Source of the DNA: Hydrurus foetidus
Lineage: Eukaryota
NCBI GenBank assembly: GCA_900617105.1
Contig: UYFQ01000788.1
Coordinates: 1 to 64,000 of the forward strand
Direction: 5' to 3'
DNA length: 64,000 bases
Of the stretch, positions 39,001 to 50,938 are shown piece after piece. The position numbers and the translations under genes are program-made. Below the pieces are notes generated by a model. That model was not told where the DNA came from, ran no database searches, and saw only the letters and a program-made list of their open reading frames with translations. Positions within the stretch are counted from its first letter, which is position 1; each line of letters opens with the position of its first letter.

Positions 39001-40467
39001 TCATCTATCACTCGCGACATTGTATCTAGATATTGAACCATTCCTTGTCGCCCAGAAAACCTCTTTGTTTTTGTTAGCCCATTTGAAGTGTGTTATAAGT
39101 CGACGTTTAACGATGTCATGAGATACATCATGTTCTTCAACTACATTATCATCATAAGGCAGAATTAAATGCTCATCTCCACCCATCCCACTGTTGTCAT
39201 CAAGTGGTGTTTTGTTTTGTCTTGTGTATTCTGTCAATCTACGAAATACAGAAGCTTCTTCTTGAGATAAATCACTATCAAAGTCACGATCGCATATCTC
39301 TTCTAAGTTCCACATTTCGTTCATACCAGCTAATACCTTCCGCTGGTTATGAATCGCGCAGCACGTCAGAAATATATTATCCATGAGAGCCATATCGTTG
39401 AAACGGCTGCCGTACTTCAGGATTGCAAACTCCTGCTTCAGCTCACCAAAAAGCTTTTCAACATCCTTCCTTAAACTTTCTAACATCTCTGTCCAGTTGT
39501 AATCGTCCTGATCAACAGGTCTTTTAGTAGGCTCCATCATGGTGGACCACTTGTGGTATCCGTTGTCGCATAAGTTGTAAGCTCCTTTGACGCTCATCAT
39601 TACTCCATCATCATTGTATATATCGTAAGAATTGTCATCATACATACCATTTTTCATGGCCATCATAGCACCATCAAATTTTACTATGGACTTGTCTGAA
39701 ACACTTCCATAGAAGCCTTTAGTCGCAGAAACAATCATGCCTCTATGATTTACTGCAGCCTCGAAGACACGAGATGGAAATTTCTCTTTTCCAGTTGAAA
39801 CCTGTTTGAGATTAGCAGAGACTCCCCAAACACGAACATGAACACAATCCACAGAACAAATACAACCAGGAAAACCGGAGACCCTATACTCCGCGCCATT
39901 ATCAAGAACCTCTGCCAAAGTAGGCATCTTCACCACTGTAGGGAAAACTACAGCACTGTACCATGTTGTAAACCCATTGAAGAAACACCTGTGAACTTCA
40001 GGGCTTATGTATGTCTGTTCAAATAGATCATCCAACGTGACATTTCTGGTAAGAACACGTAAAGATCCAAGCACTAGAAGTTCTACGGGACTAGATGTCT
40101 TGCCTCTGCTATCAGTTTTATTCCGCCAGAAATAATGCTCTTTCTCCTGAATCTTGGCTACTATCTCGTGAACTGAATCGAACGAGTGAGAGAAGCGAAA
40201 TCGAAATAGCTTGCCGTCGCGATGAGTAGGATCCCTGAATGTGTGGTACTCATCAACCACATAATCAATCCACCAAATTGACGATTTCGGATTCCTCCTT
40301 CTGTATGATCTTCTTGTCGCGAAAGGCCTCTTAGCACTCGTAGAACTGACGAGACTCTCCAATTCCCTTTTTTTGTCGTCATACTGTTGTAAACTAGTCG
40401 AATAACGGAACATGTCTAGGCTTCCGCTGGGGAAGTCGATGTAGTCGATCATTTGAGGAAGCTCCAT
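39001..40467 (-). CDS. PIF/Harbinger (HARBI1/DDE_Tnp_4-like) transposase
   Basis: Uninterrupted 488-aa ORF with GFPGCICSVDCVH, GFYGSVSDKSI, YNLCDNGYHKW, ESLRKDVEKLFGELKQEFAIL and CCAIHN. Confidence 0.93.
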   Translation of the reverse strand: MELPQMIDYIDFPSGSLDMFRYSTSLQQYDDKKRELESLVSSTSAKRPFATRRSYRRRNPKSSIWWIDYVVDEYHTFRDPTHRDGKLFRFRFSHSFDSVHEIVAKIQEKEHYFWRNKTDSRGKTSSPVELLVLGSLRVLTRNVTLDDLFEQTYISPEVHRCFFNGFTTWYSAVVFPTVVKMPTLAEVLDNGAEYRVSGFPGCICSVDCVHVRVWGVSANLKQVSTGKEKFPSRVFEAAVNHRGMIVSATKGFYGSVSDKSIVKFDGAMMAMKNGMYDDNSYDIYNDDGVMMSVKGAYNLCDNGYHKWSTMMEPTKRPVDQDDYNWTEMLESLRKDVEKLFGELKQEFAILKYGSRFNDMALMDNIFLTCCAIHNQRKVLAGMNEMWNLEEICDRDFDSDLSQEEASVFRRLTEYTRQNKTPLDDNSGMGGDEHLILPYDDNVVEEHDVSHDIVKRRLITHFKWANKNKEVFWATRNGSISRYNVASDR

Positions 40468-40756
40468 GGTCACGTATGAGACACGAAATGTCAATTAGAG
40501 AGTCATTACGACATCGTTGTCTGTCCCATACAGCTCTCCAGAATGAGATTCCAAGTTCTCATTTTCAGAAATGGAGCGACTGAGGAAACTGAGAAAAAGG
40601 GTCGTATTTCTCAGTTTGGCCAGACCAAAAATCGATAAACTGAGAACTTGGAATGATTTCCCTCAGTTTCATGCCCGTAAGGGTCGGTTGGAAAATCTCA
40701 AAAGAAAAAACACCGCATTTTCATTTTCAGAAGCCCGCCCGTAAGGGACGGTCTTA

Positions 40757-40977
40757 GGCCGCTCCTTATGCGCACCAGTTTTCGGCAAAGTTGGAATCGG
40801 TTTTCAATTAAATTTCCGACCGACCCAAGGTTTTCCGATTTTTTCGATTTCCGACAGCGTTTCGATCGGATTTTTGGACGATTTTCCGACCGAAACGCTG
40901 TTGGAAATCGAAAATCGGAAATTTAATTGAAAACCGATTCCGACTTTGCCGAAAACCGGCGCGCATAAGGAGCGGCC
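40757..40977. mobile_element. Tourist-like MITE (221 bp, Harbinger-type non-autonomous element)
   Basis: ~63-bp TIRs beginning GGCCGCTCCTTATGCGC / ending GCGCATAAGGAGCGGCC. TTA at 40754-40756 and 40978-40980. Internal palindrome. Confidence 0.9.
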
Positions 40978-41710
40978 TTACTCAGATTGCATCGATGTTG
41001 AGTTGAAGTAGTCTAGAATAAAGCCCGCAGAATTGATAGCGATGACTGCCAAGAACGACATGTATTACATCCAAATGATTTACGTCGCAGATGGGACTAA
41101 AGAATCCCTCCGTACCTCGCACCTTCGATTTTGGGGGCTGTCGGGTTTTGTGTCAGCAGCCCTGAGTTCTATTATATAATGTGCATCGTACCATTTACAT
41201 TTTTTGCTAGTATTTGAACTATACTAGCAAATTGTTTTTGGGAAGGCATAAAAAATTACAATAAATACATGACTTATCGGATGGACTAGGAATTGTGGTG
41301 TATCAAACAACGCGAGGTGCAGAGACGGCAAGTGGGAACTGAAATTAGAATTAATCAGGAAATTCATATGCGTCGAATGATTATATCATGTTCTTTGTGA
41401 GAAATGTCTGCCGTACTTGAAGTGAGGTATTTCGGGTCCACAGCGAGGAACTTCGTTTATTGAGAATAACGACTTTGAAAAAGCCGTCTTCAGAAGTCAT
41501 TTTTTTTTAAACCGTGAAATCGCAAACATTCTACTAGATGTGCTTCGAGAATGGATTAACGTCATGGCTCAATTACCTGTCTTGAATGGATTGCTACTCA
41601 AATAATTCTTTGCGATCACGAATTTATGAGATTAAATAACAATAAATAGGTGACATAAATAAAAGATGAACACAGCAGTTCGTCTGCTGTTCGCTGCTGC
41701 TACCAGAACA

Positions 41711-41778
41711 AGGGGTCCGGGGTCCGGGTGGTCGGGGTTCGGGGGTCGGGGTTCGGGGGTCGGGGGTCGGGGGTCGGG
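41711..41778 (+). repeat. G-rich tandem repeat (GGGG(G)T(T)C)n, G-quadruplex-prone, upstream of the XRN gene
   Basis: About ten G3-5 runs separated by TC/TTC/TCC, ~160 bp before ATG 41939. Confidence 0.8.
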
Positions 41779-41938
41779 TTTGTTCTCGCTTGCAGCCAGC
41801 AGCAGGCCAGAAGCCACCAACGTGATAGCCTGTGCTCTACAGCTACAGCAATTGAGATAGCAAAAACTCAGCATTGTGTTGAGTTGTTCTTGAGGATTTC
41901 TCCGTTTTCCTCATTATTGCGGGCTTGAATAGCAGGGA

Positions 41939-43443
41939 ATGTCGTCTCTGTTTTATGGGAGCTGTTTTGTCGTCTTTTCTTTACTGCCAGCCAACTGTTT
42001 CACACCAAGGAGCCAATTTCCGACAATCCAATCGATTATCGGACTGGACACTAAGCCAACAAGCATAATAGCTCCTTGGAACATACTAAAAGAGAGAAAT
42101 CATAGGGACCGAAGTGAGCTTACAGTTCTACATGGTATTCCGAAACTTTTCCGTTGGCTGGTTGATTTATACCCTATCGTCTTAGAGAGTGTCGGCGAAG
42201 GGTTGAGTGGAAGTAATGCGATGGCCGTGGATAACTTCTACCTCGATATGAATGGCATCATTCACACATGCACTCACTCAAACAACGACAAGCTAGTAAT
42301 GTTGAACGAGAGGGAAATGTTTCAGAGGATATTCAGTTACACTGATAGATTATATAAGCTGGTGAAACCATCTAGACTAATGTTTCTGGCTGTAGATGGA
42401 GTCGCGCCAAGAGTAAGTCCTTATACTTTGTACTGAATTGAATTCTTACTCTAACTTGGTAGTGACACAATCATTTGAAATATTGATTAAATACAGGACA
42501 AGTGTTTTTCTGTCTCTCAACGTCCTTATCGTGCAACCCGATTTAGCAGCTCCACTGTCCAGCAGAATCGCTCATATTCACTGTTGAACATATTCTGCTT
42601 TTTTATCTTTTGTCTCTATAATTCCATTTGCGAACATATTGCTCTTTCTTATCTTTTCTACTTTCATTTTTTTACTCCCTTTCTCAAATCCTCTTTATAT
42701 TTTTATTCTAGGCTAAGATGAATCAGCAGAGATCTCGAAGATTTCGTTCATCAAAAGAGAGAGAAGCGCTATTAGCTGATTACGTTGCTAAAGAGGGCAA
42801 GTTGCCTGACGAAGAGTCTTTCGACTCCAACTGCATCACACCTGGGACTGAATTCATGTTCAGATTAGGTGAGATTGTTTAGCAGAGTAGAGCCGCTTAT
42901 GATTGTTAGTCTTTGTTGGAGGTTGATGAATCATTGGAATTGAAGAGGGGTTGATCCACGGTCCATATTTTTCAAAGTAGTATTCATTCATGAGCCAGAA
43001 AGCGTCTCCGGATGATTTGGAACATCTCTGTAGCGAAGATTTTCAATTCAAATGCAGCTAAATATTCTGCACAACACATGCGAGCATGGAAAGTCGTTGT
43101 TCAAACGCGTATAAAAGGTTACAAGGGACAATTACTGTTTACATCAATTACTTACTTTTTATCTATTTTTATTTATTTTCTTTAAGGGATTGCATTCAGA
43201 AGGTGGATTGCTTATAAAATGGAGACTGATCCTTTCTGGCAAACTGGTGCACAAGTAGTTTTCTCAGGTGAAACATGTTTGATGTTCATCTCCACATATA
43301 TTTCAAGGGGTTTGATCGTTTATCACAATCTATCTTTTGAGTGATTATTTTCTATTTCTGTTTCTGTTCATGCATCTGTCTGTGTCGTGATGAATCAGCA
43401 TGACTAATTGTAAATGATGTAACATGGAAGCGCTTCTTTCATT

Positions 43444-43494
<51 letters not shown>

Positions 43495-46400
43495 CACACT
43501 CATGAACACACTTGACAGGTCCTGATGTTCCCGGAGAGGGAGAGCACAAAGTCATGGATATGATCAGGTCCTTCTCACAAGAGGTGAGCAGAGGAGCAGT
43601 TAATGAGTGTGGGGGAGAGAAGAGGAGGGGAGAGGAGAGGAGGAAGTACTGGTGAGGGAGAGTGGGTGAGGGACGGGAGTGGTGTATGACTGAGTGACTG
43701 CGTGAGCGTATGAATACCTGTATGAGAGAAATGAAGCAAGCGAGTGAGTGCAGCGAATCAGTCAGTTAGCGAGGGTGTTCGTGGGTGGCTGAATGTGTGA
43801 GGATGGGGGCGAGGCAGGCAGTGCGTGGGTCGGTCGATCAGTTAGTATGTCCACCAGTCACTTACTTATTTTGACCGATTTCATGACTGTGTGAGTATAA
43901 AATGAGTGAGTATTTTCGTTACAGAATTGAAGCGATACTCAGAATGACAGAGAGAACTGAGTTTATGTGTCTTTGTCGTTTTCACTGAGATGCACTGAGT
44001 CAGGAGAAACGTAGAGGAGGAATGAGATTAATGAGAGGCCAAATTCATCTTTATTCTAGACACTTCGTAATCGTCAAATCAAACACTCTCCCTATTACCT
44101 ATGATTGCCTAATTACTTTTGCCACTACATCGCATACATCTTAAAACGTGCAAGGCCTGGTTGTTGTTTTATACTGTGTTTATTTTCCCCTTCACCTCTT
44201 TATTTTCTTTCTTCATCTGTTTTCTGCACATATTCATCTTTTTTTTAATACAATATTTTATCTGCAGGATCCCAATTACGTTCCTGGAAAATTGAGGCAC
44301 TGTATGTACGGATTAGATGCAGATTTAATTATGTTGAGTCTTGTGACACACGAACCTTTCTTCGTATTACTGCGAGAGAAAATCAGCAGAAGAAAACAAA
44401 ATAAAGATGCCATGTCTTATTCGCCTGAAGATTTTGAACTGCTGGAGATTTCTCTTTTGAGAAAAATGTTGAAACAGGTCACACATTTTCTTTTTTTACC
44501 CACCAATTTTGTTCACCACTCATATATTTATTATTTGTGATTTTTATTGCTTTTATTCGATATTTTTTTCCTACGCAATGGATTGGAACTTTTTCTTTTG
44601 AAAATGATCAAGTTATACCGACCTCATGACTCTACCAAATTCTGTTCCTTTACTTGTTGATTGACATGACTGTCTTTGAAAATATAACTTGCAATGACTC
44701 CTACAGAAATCAAATTTCACTGATTCGGAAAAAAAGAAATTGCAATATTTATTTGACAAATGTAGCGGCACATCCCGTCATATATTTGATAAGAAACAAA
44801 TTGTATTTTGTACACGTCATTTTGTCCGACTTGCCGAAAAAACTGCATCACTTGCCAACTAAAGCCAATAAGATCAATCAATTATACTTAACAATTCTTT
44901 CTGATTTTATTTAGCATTTCCGAAGACTTGAAATAGAGATGGACGAGGCGCACGCACGGTACGTAATTTGTACTTACATGTTTTTCAAGCGTACGAGTTG
45001 TCGTGACATTGCTTGTGAAGTTCTATACCATACGTATTCTTGTAGTAATATGTGTGTACGGTTTGTACCGTACGTGTTGTCGTACTGCTGCTCGTACACT
45101 TGCATATTGTAGTGTGTATGTACTTCACTTTTGAACGTCACCCCCAGTATGGCAGTGACGTCCACCACTGAGGAGTACTAAACTGTGTCACGCTAGGATG
45201 AAGTGACTGATGATTAGTGGTTCGAATCCGTGATTTCCTAGTGTTGGATGTAACTGTTATGCTGGGCATGACGTATGCAGCCCACGAAAATAAGTCCCTC
45301 TCATGTACGCCCCTCCTCTCTCTCCCCTCCCCTTTCAGCACAGCTCACACTCAACTTCTTTTCTCTCATTCTTCTCTCTTTATCCCTCACTCTCTCCCTC
45401 TATCCCTCCCATCCCTCTCCTATCTCTTAGTGCCGCCTCTTACGTCGCTCTTCTCCCGGATTCCGTGGACGGGAAAAAAGAAGTTCACCACATCCCACCG
45501 AAATTCGAAATTAATAGATTAATTGATGATTTCGTTTTCATGTGCTTCTTCGTGGGTAACGATTTCTTGCCGTGCATTCCCCACCTCGTAAGAATTAAAA
45601 TTCTATTATAGGATATTTTCGCCTTCTTTATCTTAAGTTGTTAGAAAAGGATCTGAGTAATTTGTATCTTATCTGGCTTTTTATTTTTTTGTATCGAATT
45701 TCCGATTATTTATTTCTCCACTGCCTTACTTTATCAATTTCCGCTTGGCGCAATTTTGCACAAATTAAACCGTCCTAAAATGCATATATAATATTTTGTA
45801 TTTTTGCACAACCATTCTTTTTGCACATACCATTTTTGCACATTCTTTTTTTTATTATGACTTAATAGTACACATCTTTCTTATTTCACCTTAACTTTCG
45901 CTTACCTGTACCTTTTCTTTTAATTTATTTCTTAGGATATTGCTGATGGTTCATTGAATTTGATGATGAATGTGTACAGAGATGTCATCGTAGATATTGG
46001 AGGATATCTCACTGACAAGGTAATTAAATGACAATAAATACATCACATATGACTATATACGCCATACGTCATATGTCAATCTGCCCCTTTGGGTACAGCG
46101 AGACACGTTGAATAAAAAGGAGCACATCGTGAGAAACCGTTTAAGTGTTCCCCAATGTAGTAATTAGAACCTATCACTGAAAAACACGAATAATTATTAG
46201 CGAATCATGCTCAATTAACGTTAGATGGTATGACAGGAGCAGATAAAATGTTTCCTGTTTAGTATGGAGGCCCCGTAGTAACAGGAACCACTTCATTCTG
46301 CTCCCATAATACGATTGTGTGACTCTTAGTATTAATCATAAATCATTGTTGTTACGTTGGGCGCGATTGAAAAAAAAATCTGCTAAATGATAAATATTCG

Positions 46401-49400
46401 ACCTGATGCACCTTATCACAACCCATTAAATATACTGATTCGCCATCTAATTAACTCATTCAGGGCAATATTCACTTATCCCGTGTGGAGCTGTTCCTTC
46501 AAGAAATCGGCAGAAGGGAGCCTCTTTATTTCCAACAGAGGGCAATCGATGAGAAGGACAACGAATACGCTAATGAAAACTATGCTGAGCACTACTACAA
46601 GGTGAAGCCATTTTTGATAACGCGGTGTTTGTATGACGCATAGAAGCACCGCTGCAGAGAAGAATCTTCGCGTGATTTATGAGAAATGTCTGCATGGAAT
46701 TGCTCGTAGCTAGCGGAATTATAAAACTGCACTAGTTATCACGGAACAGATCAAGGGTTGCTTTAAAAAATTTATCTCCCTCTCTCTCTCTCTCTAAAAA
46801 TAATGATACCATTTTATTTTCATTTCATTTTAATCTCAGAGGCGCTCCTTACCTCGTCAACTTAAATCTTCCCTCAGTTTCTTCCTCTACACCTCTTTCT
46901 GCATTTTATGTCTCCCTCTACCTATCACCCCCTTCTTGTCCCTCTCCTTTTCCCTCTCCCTCTCCTTCTTCATGTCCCTCTCCTTGTCCCTCTCCCTCTT
47001 CTTCTCCCTTTTCCTCTCACCCTCTAATTCAAATTCGCGCACCCAACCATCAATCGTCACCATTTGCTATCCCGGCCTATTAATCATCTTCTTTCCTCTG
47101 CCACACCACCCCATCCCTCCTTTTCTTTCAATTCTTTCCATCCCTCAGTCTTCCTTCATGGTCTCCAACTCATTCAAAAAATTTCATCTCTCAGTGATCT
47201 ACATTATTCTCCCTCCTGTCTCTTCAACGATATCACACCCTTATTAATGGCTTAATCATCATCGTCATCATTTGCATTTTCATTCGATCCTTCTTCACTC
47301 TTCATCCCTTCATCTCCTTCTCCTTCATCCCTTCATCTCCTTCATCCCTTCATCTCCACCCCTTCATCCCTTCATCTCCTTCACCCCTTCATCCCTTCAT
47401 CCCTTCATCTCCTACACCCCTTCCTCCCTTCATCTCCTTCATCCCTTCATCCCTTCATCCCTTCATCTCCTACACCCCTTCATCTCCTTCATCCCTTCAT
47501 CTCCTACACCCCTTCATCCCTTCATCTCCTACACCCCTTCCTCCCTTCATCTCCTACACCCCTTCATCCCTTCATCTCCTACACCCCTTCCTCCCTTCAT
47601 CTCCTACACCCCTTCATCCCTTCATCTCCTACACCCCTTCATCCCTTCATCTCCTACACCCCTCAACACAACCACCGTCAATCTCCCCAACATTCTAACT
47701 ATCCGGTGTAGGAGAAATTCGGCATCGAGCCCACGGACACGAAGGCGAAGGAAGAATTGATCAAGAGCTATTTGGAAGGACTCGCATGGGTGCTCACATA
47801 CTACCACGATGGTGCGTGAAATGTTATTAATTGTCATGCACTGTTCTGCTGTACTGCTTTCCTATGTAGCGTGGTAATGTCATGTAATGTACTGTGTTTC
47901 TATGTTGCTCACTTTGATGAATATTGCTTGTAGAAATTCGTATTTTGTATGCCTCTTCTGTGTATCATATTTTGTATTTGTATAACATGCGACTGTTACT
48001 CGTGTTCTTCCACAACTCAGACGTTCACAGTAACATACTCTTCTTGCAAATGTCGAACCCTCCACCACTCCTCTCCTCTGTACTTCCTTGCACTCCATTG
48101 CTCTGCCCTCTGTGACTCTCTCTCTCTCTCTCCCCAACTCTCTATCCGCTCCCCTTCTCACCCTTCCTCTCTCTCTCTCTCTCTCTCTCTTGCTCACACA
48201 CACGCAGTCACACGCAGTCATCCCTCTCTTTCACTCCCTGTCTTTCCCTTTACATCTTTTTAGGTTGTGGTTCGTGGACTTGGTACTACCCATACCTGTA
48301 CGCCCCTCTGTGCACGGACCTCAGAGACCTCGCCTCCAAGTCAATCACCTTCCAACAAGGTGAATCACAGACCAATTGATGATATTCATATTTATTGAAT
48401 TTTATTCAATGTCTTTCAACATTCATGATAAATATTTCGTTGATTTTTCAAGAATTGATGGAGAGTGTGATTTTGCTTCTAATCGTTACATAGCAATATA
48501 TTTATTTTTTTCTCAGTTATTTCGCACTATTTCCACCTCACTCATTCATTCACTCATTCATCACACATCTCGCTTCTCTCTCTTCACCATTCACTACATC
48601 ACAGGCACGCCCTTCACTCCTCTACTACAGCTGCTGTCCGTCCTCCCCCCTCAGTCCGGTTCCTTTCTACCCCCCTCTTACATGGGAGTAATGACAAACC
48701 CTGAGTCGCCTTGTGTAGATTATTATCCGAAGGACTTTGAAGTAGATGCCAACGGAAAGAAGGTGATACGTTTTAGAATACTGTTTTACGTGGAAGCGTG
48801 ATTTTTATGTAGTCTCCCTGAAAAATGATGAATTTTTGATATTATTCATTTTCTTCACAAGCTCACTATTTTCTGTTTTTTAATAATTGCTTAATTTTTC
48901 TCTTGTGTCCATCAGAATTCTTGGGAGTGCATTGTTCGCATTCCTTTCATCAACGAACAGCTTCTAGTCGACACAGTGTCGGTTATAGATCACAAGAAGG
49001 TTCTTTCTGAGTCAGAGAGGATGAGGAACATTCCAGGTATGAATATTCTTCTTCATTTATTTGACGCGCGTGATTATTCTAAGAAACAATACCTTCTCTG
49101 ATACACTCTGTCTTGCTTTGATTTGCAGACGAATTGTATAATAGGTTGAGTTCTTGATAGATGTACATTCACTCCAGCATATTCTCATTTCCTACGAACC
49201 CTTTCCCATACTACCGCTCCTCAGCATTCATGTATTTCATGCAGTCACTCTTCCATTCCAATCACAGCCTAATTTCTTCTTATTCTCCATTTTATCCATT
49301 CTTTTTGTTTCTTCAGGGGAGCAGCATAGTTTCCTGCCTCCCAGACCCCAAGACCCTTCCACCCGAAAGCAGAGGGCAGAGAACGCCCAGTGGGGCAATG

Positions 49401-49519
49401 CCCTGAGGGACGATTTCTCAGGAGGGGGTAGAGGAGGCGCAAGGGGAGGAGGACGGGGCGGAAGGGGTGATGGGCGAGGAGGTGGAAGAAGTAGTGGAGG
49501 CAGATCGTATAGTAGATAG
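41939..49519 (+). CDS. XRN-family 5'-3' exoribonuclease with N-terminal bipartite presequence and C-terminal RGG tail (~14 exons)
   Basis: [144 protein letters not shown]. Confidence 0.95.
43446..43499 (+). repeat. (CT)n(CA)n compound microsatellite in XRN intron
   Basis: Direct reading. Confidence 0.9.
47290..47662 (+). repeat. Pyrimidine-rich minisatellite (CCCTTCAT / CTCCTACACC units) in XRN intron
   Basis: Many iterations of cccttcatctcctacacc / cccttcat. Confidence 0.9.
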
Positions 49520-50030
49520 TTGAACTCATCTTCTATTGTTGATAATTATTGTAATTGCATTATCTCGGCGTATGTTTTCATGAGGCTGGTACCAACTGAT
49601 ATTTATCAGTCATGAACTCGATGTAAACATCATCAAGCAAATAGCATTTTCAAATACGGCAATGTCTGCGAGAAGCGCCGTGGGTATCAAAGCGGATGAC
49701 ATGTGCTTTCGTAGTAAGATTAAGTTCCTTAATTAAGGTACGTCAAAACAGGGCTATGATGTTCTAAATCAATTCAATGCAAGTCAGTAAGTACAGTGAA
49801 GTAATGATTGTGAAGGTCGTATGTTAATATGCTATAACAACAGTAAAGTATGTTGTAGTACGTGGGAAATCGGTTGGCTTCGTGAATCGAAACGTAACAT
49901 CATTTAAAAGGACAGCCCGTGAAATACTTGCCCTTGAGATTCAAGTGTCCGCGGAATCAAATTGAGTGGCTCAGTATTGGAATAAGACGCTAACTATGCG
50001 TTTCCTTCAGTCTGGCTGGCGACGAGAGTT

Positions 50031-50687
50031 TTAGAAAGGATTCGAGGGGCGTTCTGCCAGCCAAGATTTCAAACCGGGTAAATTAGACACGTGTGTGACG
50101 ATGCTGCTCAGACCTGCACAGTTCGTCAACGCTGCAACAACAGGAGCGTTGTCGTCGAAATACTCAGTTAGAAAACTGTTGATGGCTACATCAGCGTAAG
50201 ATGTGGCATTTCCAACGGAAAACCCTTCGGACCGAGTGCTGGGGAGACTTTTGTCGAGCTGGACAAGCAGTGCAGGGAAGGCGACTGCGAAAAACTCTTC
50301 GAGTTTGGCCGCCTTCTCGCTTTCTGGGACAGATTTGACTTTTTGGTACTTGTCCTTAATGTCGCGGAGATGTTCCGTGATGCAATCAATTTGGGCAGCT
50401 TCGATGTCGTTGTCACCCAACATATTGCAGCGCTTTGCAACGAAACGCTCAATAGCCTTGGACTGGCCAATGGTGACTCCATCAACAATCAAGATGGGCA
50501 CTCTATCCATATTGGCAGAAGCGTCGCCGCTAAGCTTGAGTGCGGTGAACTCTGGTGTATCCCATCCTCCTCCGTCTTTTTTCGTCATCGAAAGTCTGTG
50601 ATCATCGAATGGAACACCGGCAATTTTCAGCATGCAACGGGCGACCTCAGCCACGCCGCGAGCATCAAAGTAGATCAGTTGCATCAT
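50031..50687 (-). CDS. Glutathione S-transferase (sigma-like)
   Basis: MMQLIYFDARGVAEVARCML...DRVPILIVDGVTIGQSKAIERFVAK...SYADVAI...LKSWLAERP. Intronless. Confidence 0.93.
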   Translation of the reverse strand: MMQLIYFDARGVAEVARCMLKIAGVPFDDHRLSMTKKDGGGWDTPEFTALKLSGDASANMDRVPILIVDGVTIGQSKAIERFVAKRCNMLGDNDIEAAQIDCITEHLRDIKDKYQKVKSVPESEKAAKLEEFFAVAFPALLVQLDKSLPSTRSEGFSVGNATSYADVAINSFLTEYFDDNAPVVAALTNCAGLSSIVTHVSNLPGLKSWLAERPSNPF

Positions 50688-50938
50688 TGGGATGGTTTTC
50701 GAAAGTACACTGTTTACTTGTGACCAACGTAATGAAGAATGAAGAACGACCTCCTTCCTCCTCGCTATGTGATGCTGCATGCAGTGTTCCGGAAGGACTT
50801 CAACAGACCTTGAATCTTTATCGAAGAATCCTGAAGTGAAGAACATTCTGAACATTCTGGAAGATTTATTTCATGAGGAGGTGCAACTCGATTGTGGCAT
50901 CATCGACATTCCTACGAAAGGATCGGATCGGATCGGAT

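Larger units (their letters stand above)
36035..40753. mobile_element. PIF/Harbinger DNA transposon, apparently complete (4.7 kb)
   Basis: 17-bp TIRs GACCGTTCCTTACGGGC / GCCCGTAAGGGACGGTC (1 mismatch), flanked by TTA on both sides (36032-36034, 40754-40756). Encloses a DDE transposase and a convergent second gene. Confidence 0.92.

Noticed and set aside
46936..48363. Pro/Ser/Leu/His repeat ORFs (e.g. 47272-47760)
   Set aside because: Translations of intronic pyrimidine-rich minisatellites within the XRN gene.
50688..50855. 56-aa N-terminal extension on the GST ORF
   Set aside because: No signal or transit character; the GST fold starts at MMQLIYF (50687), so it is likely 5' UTR.
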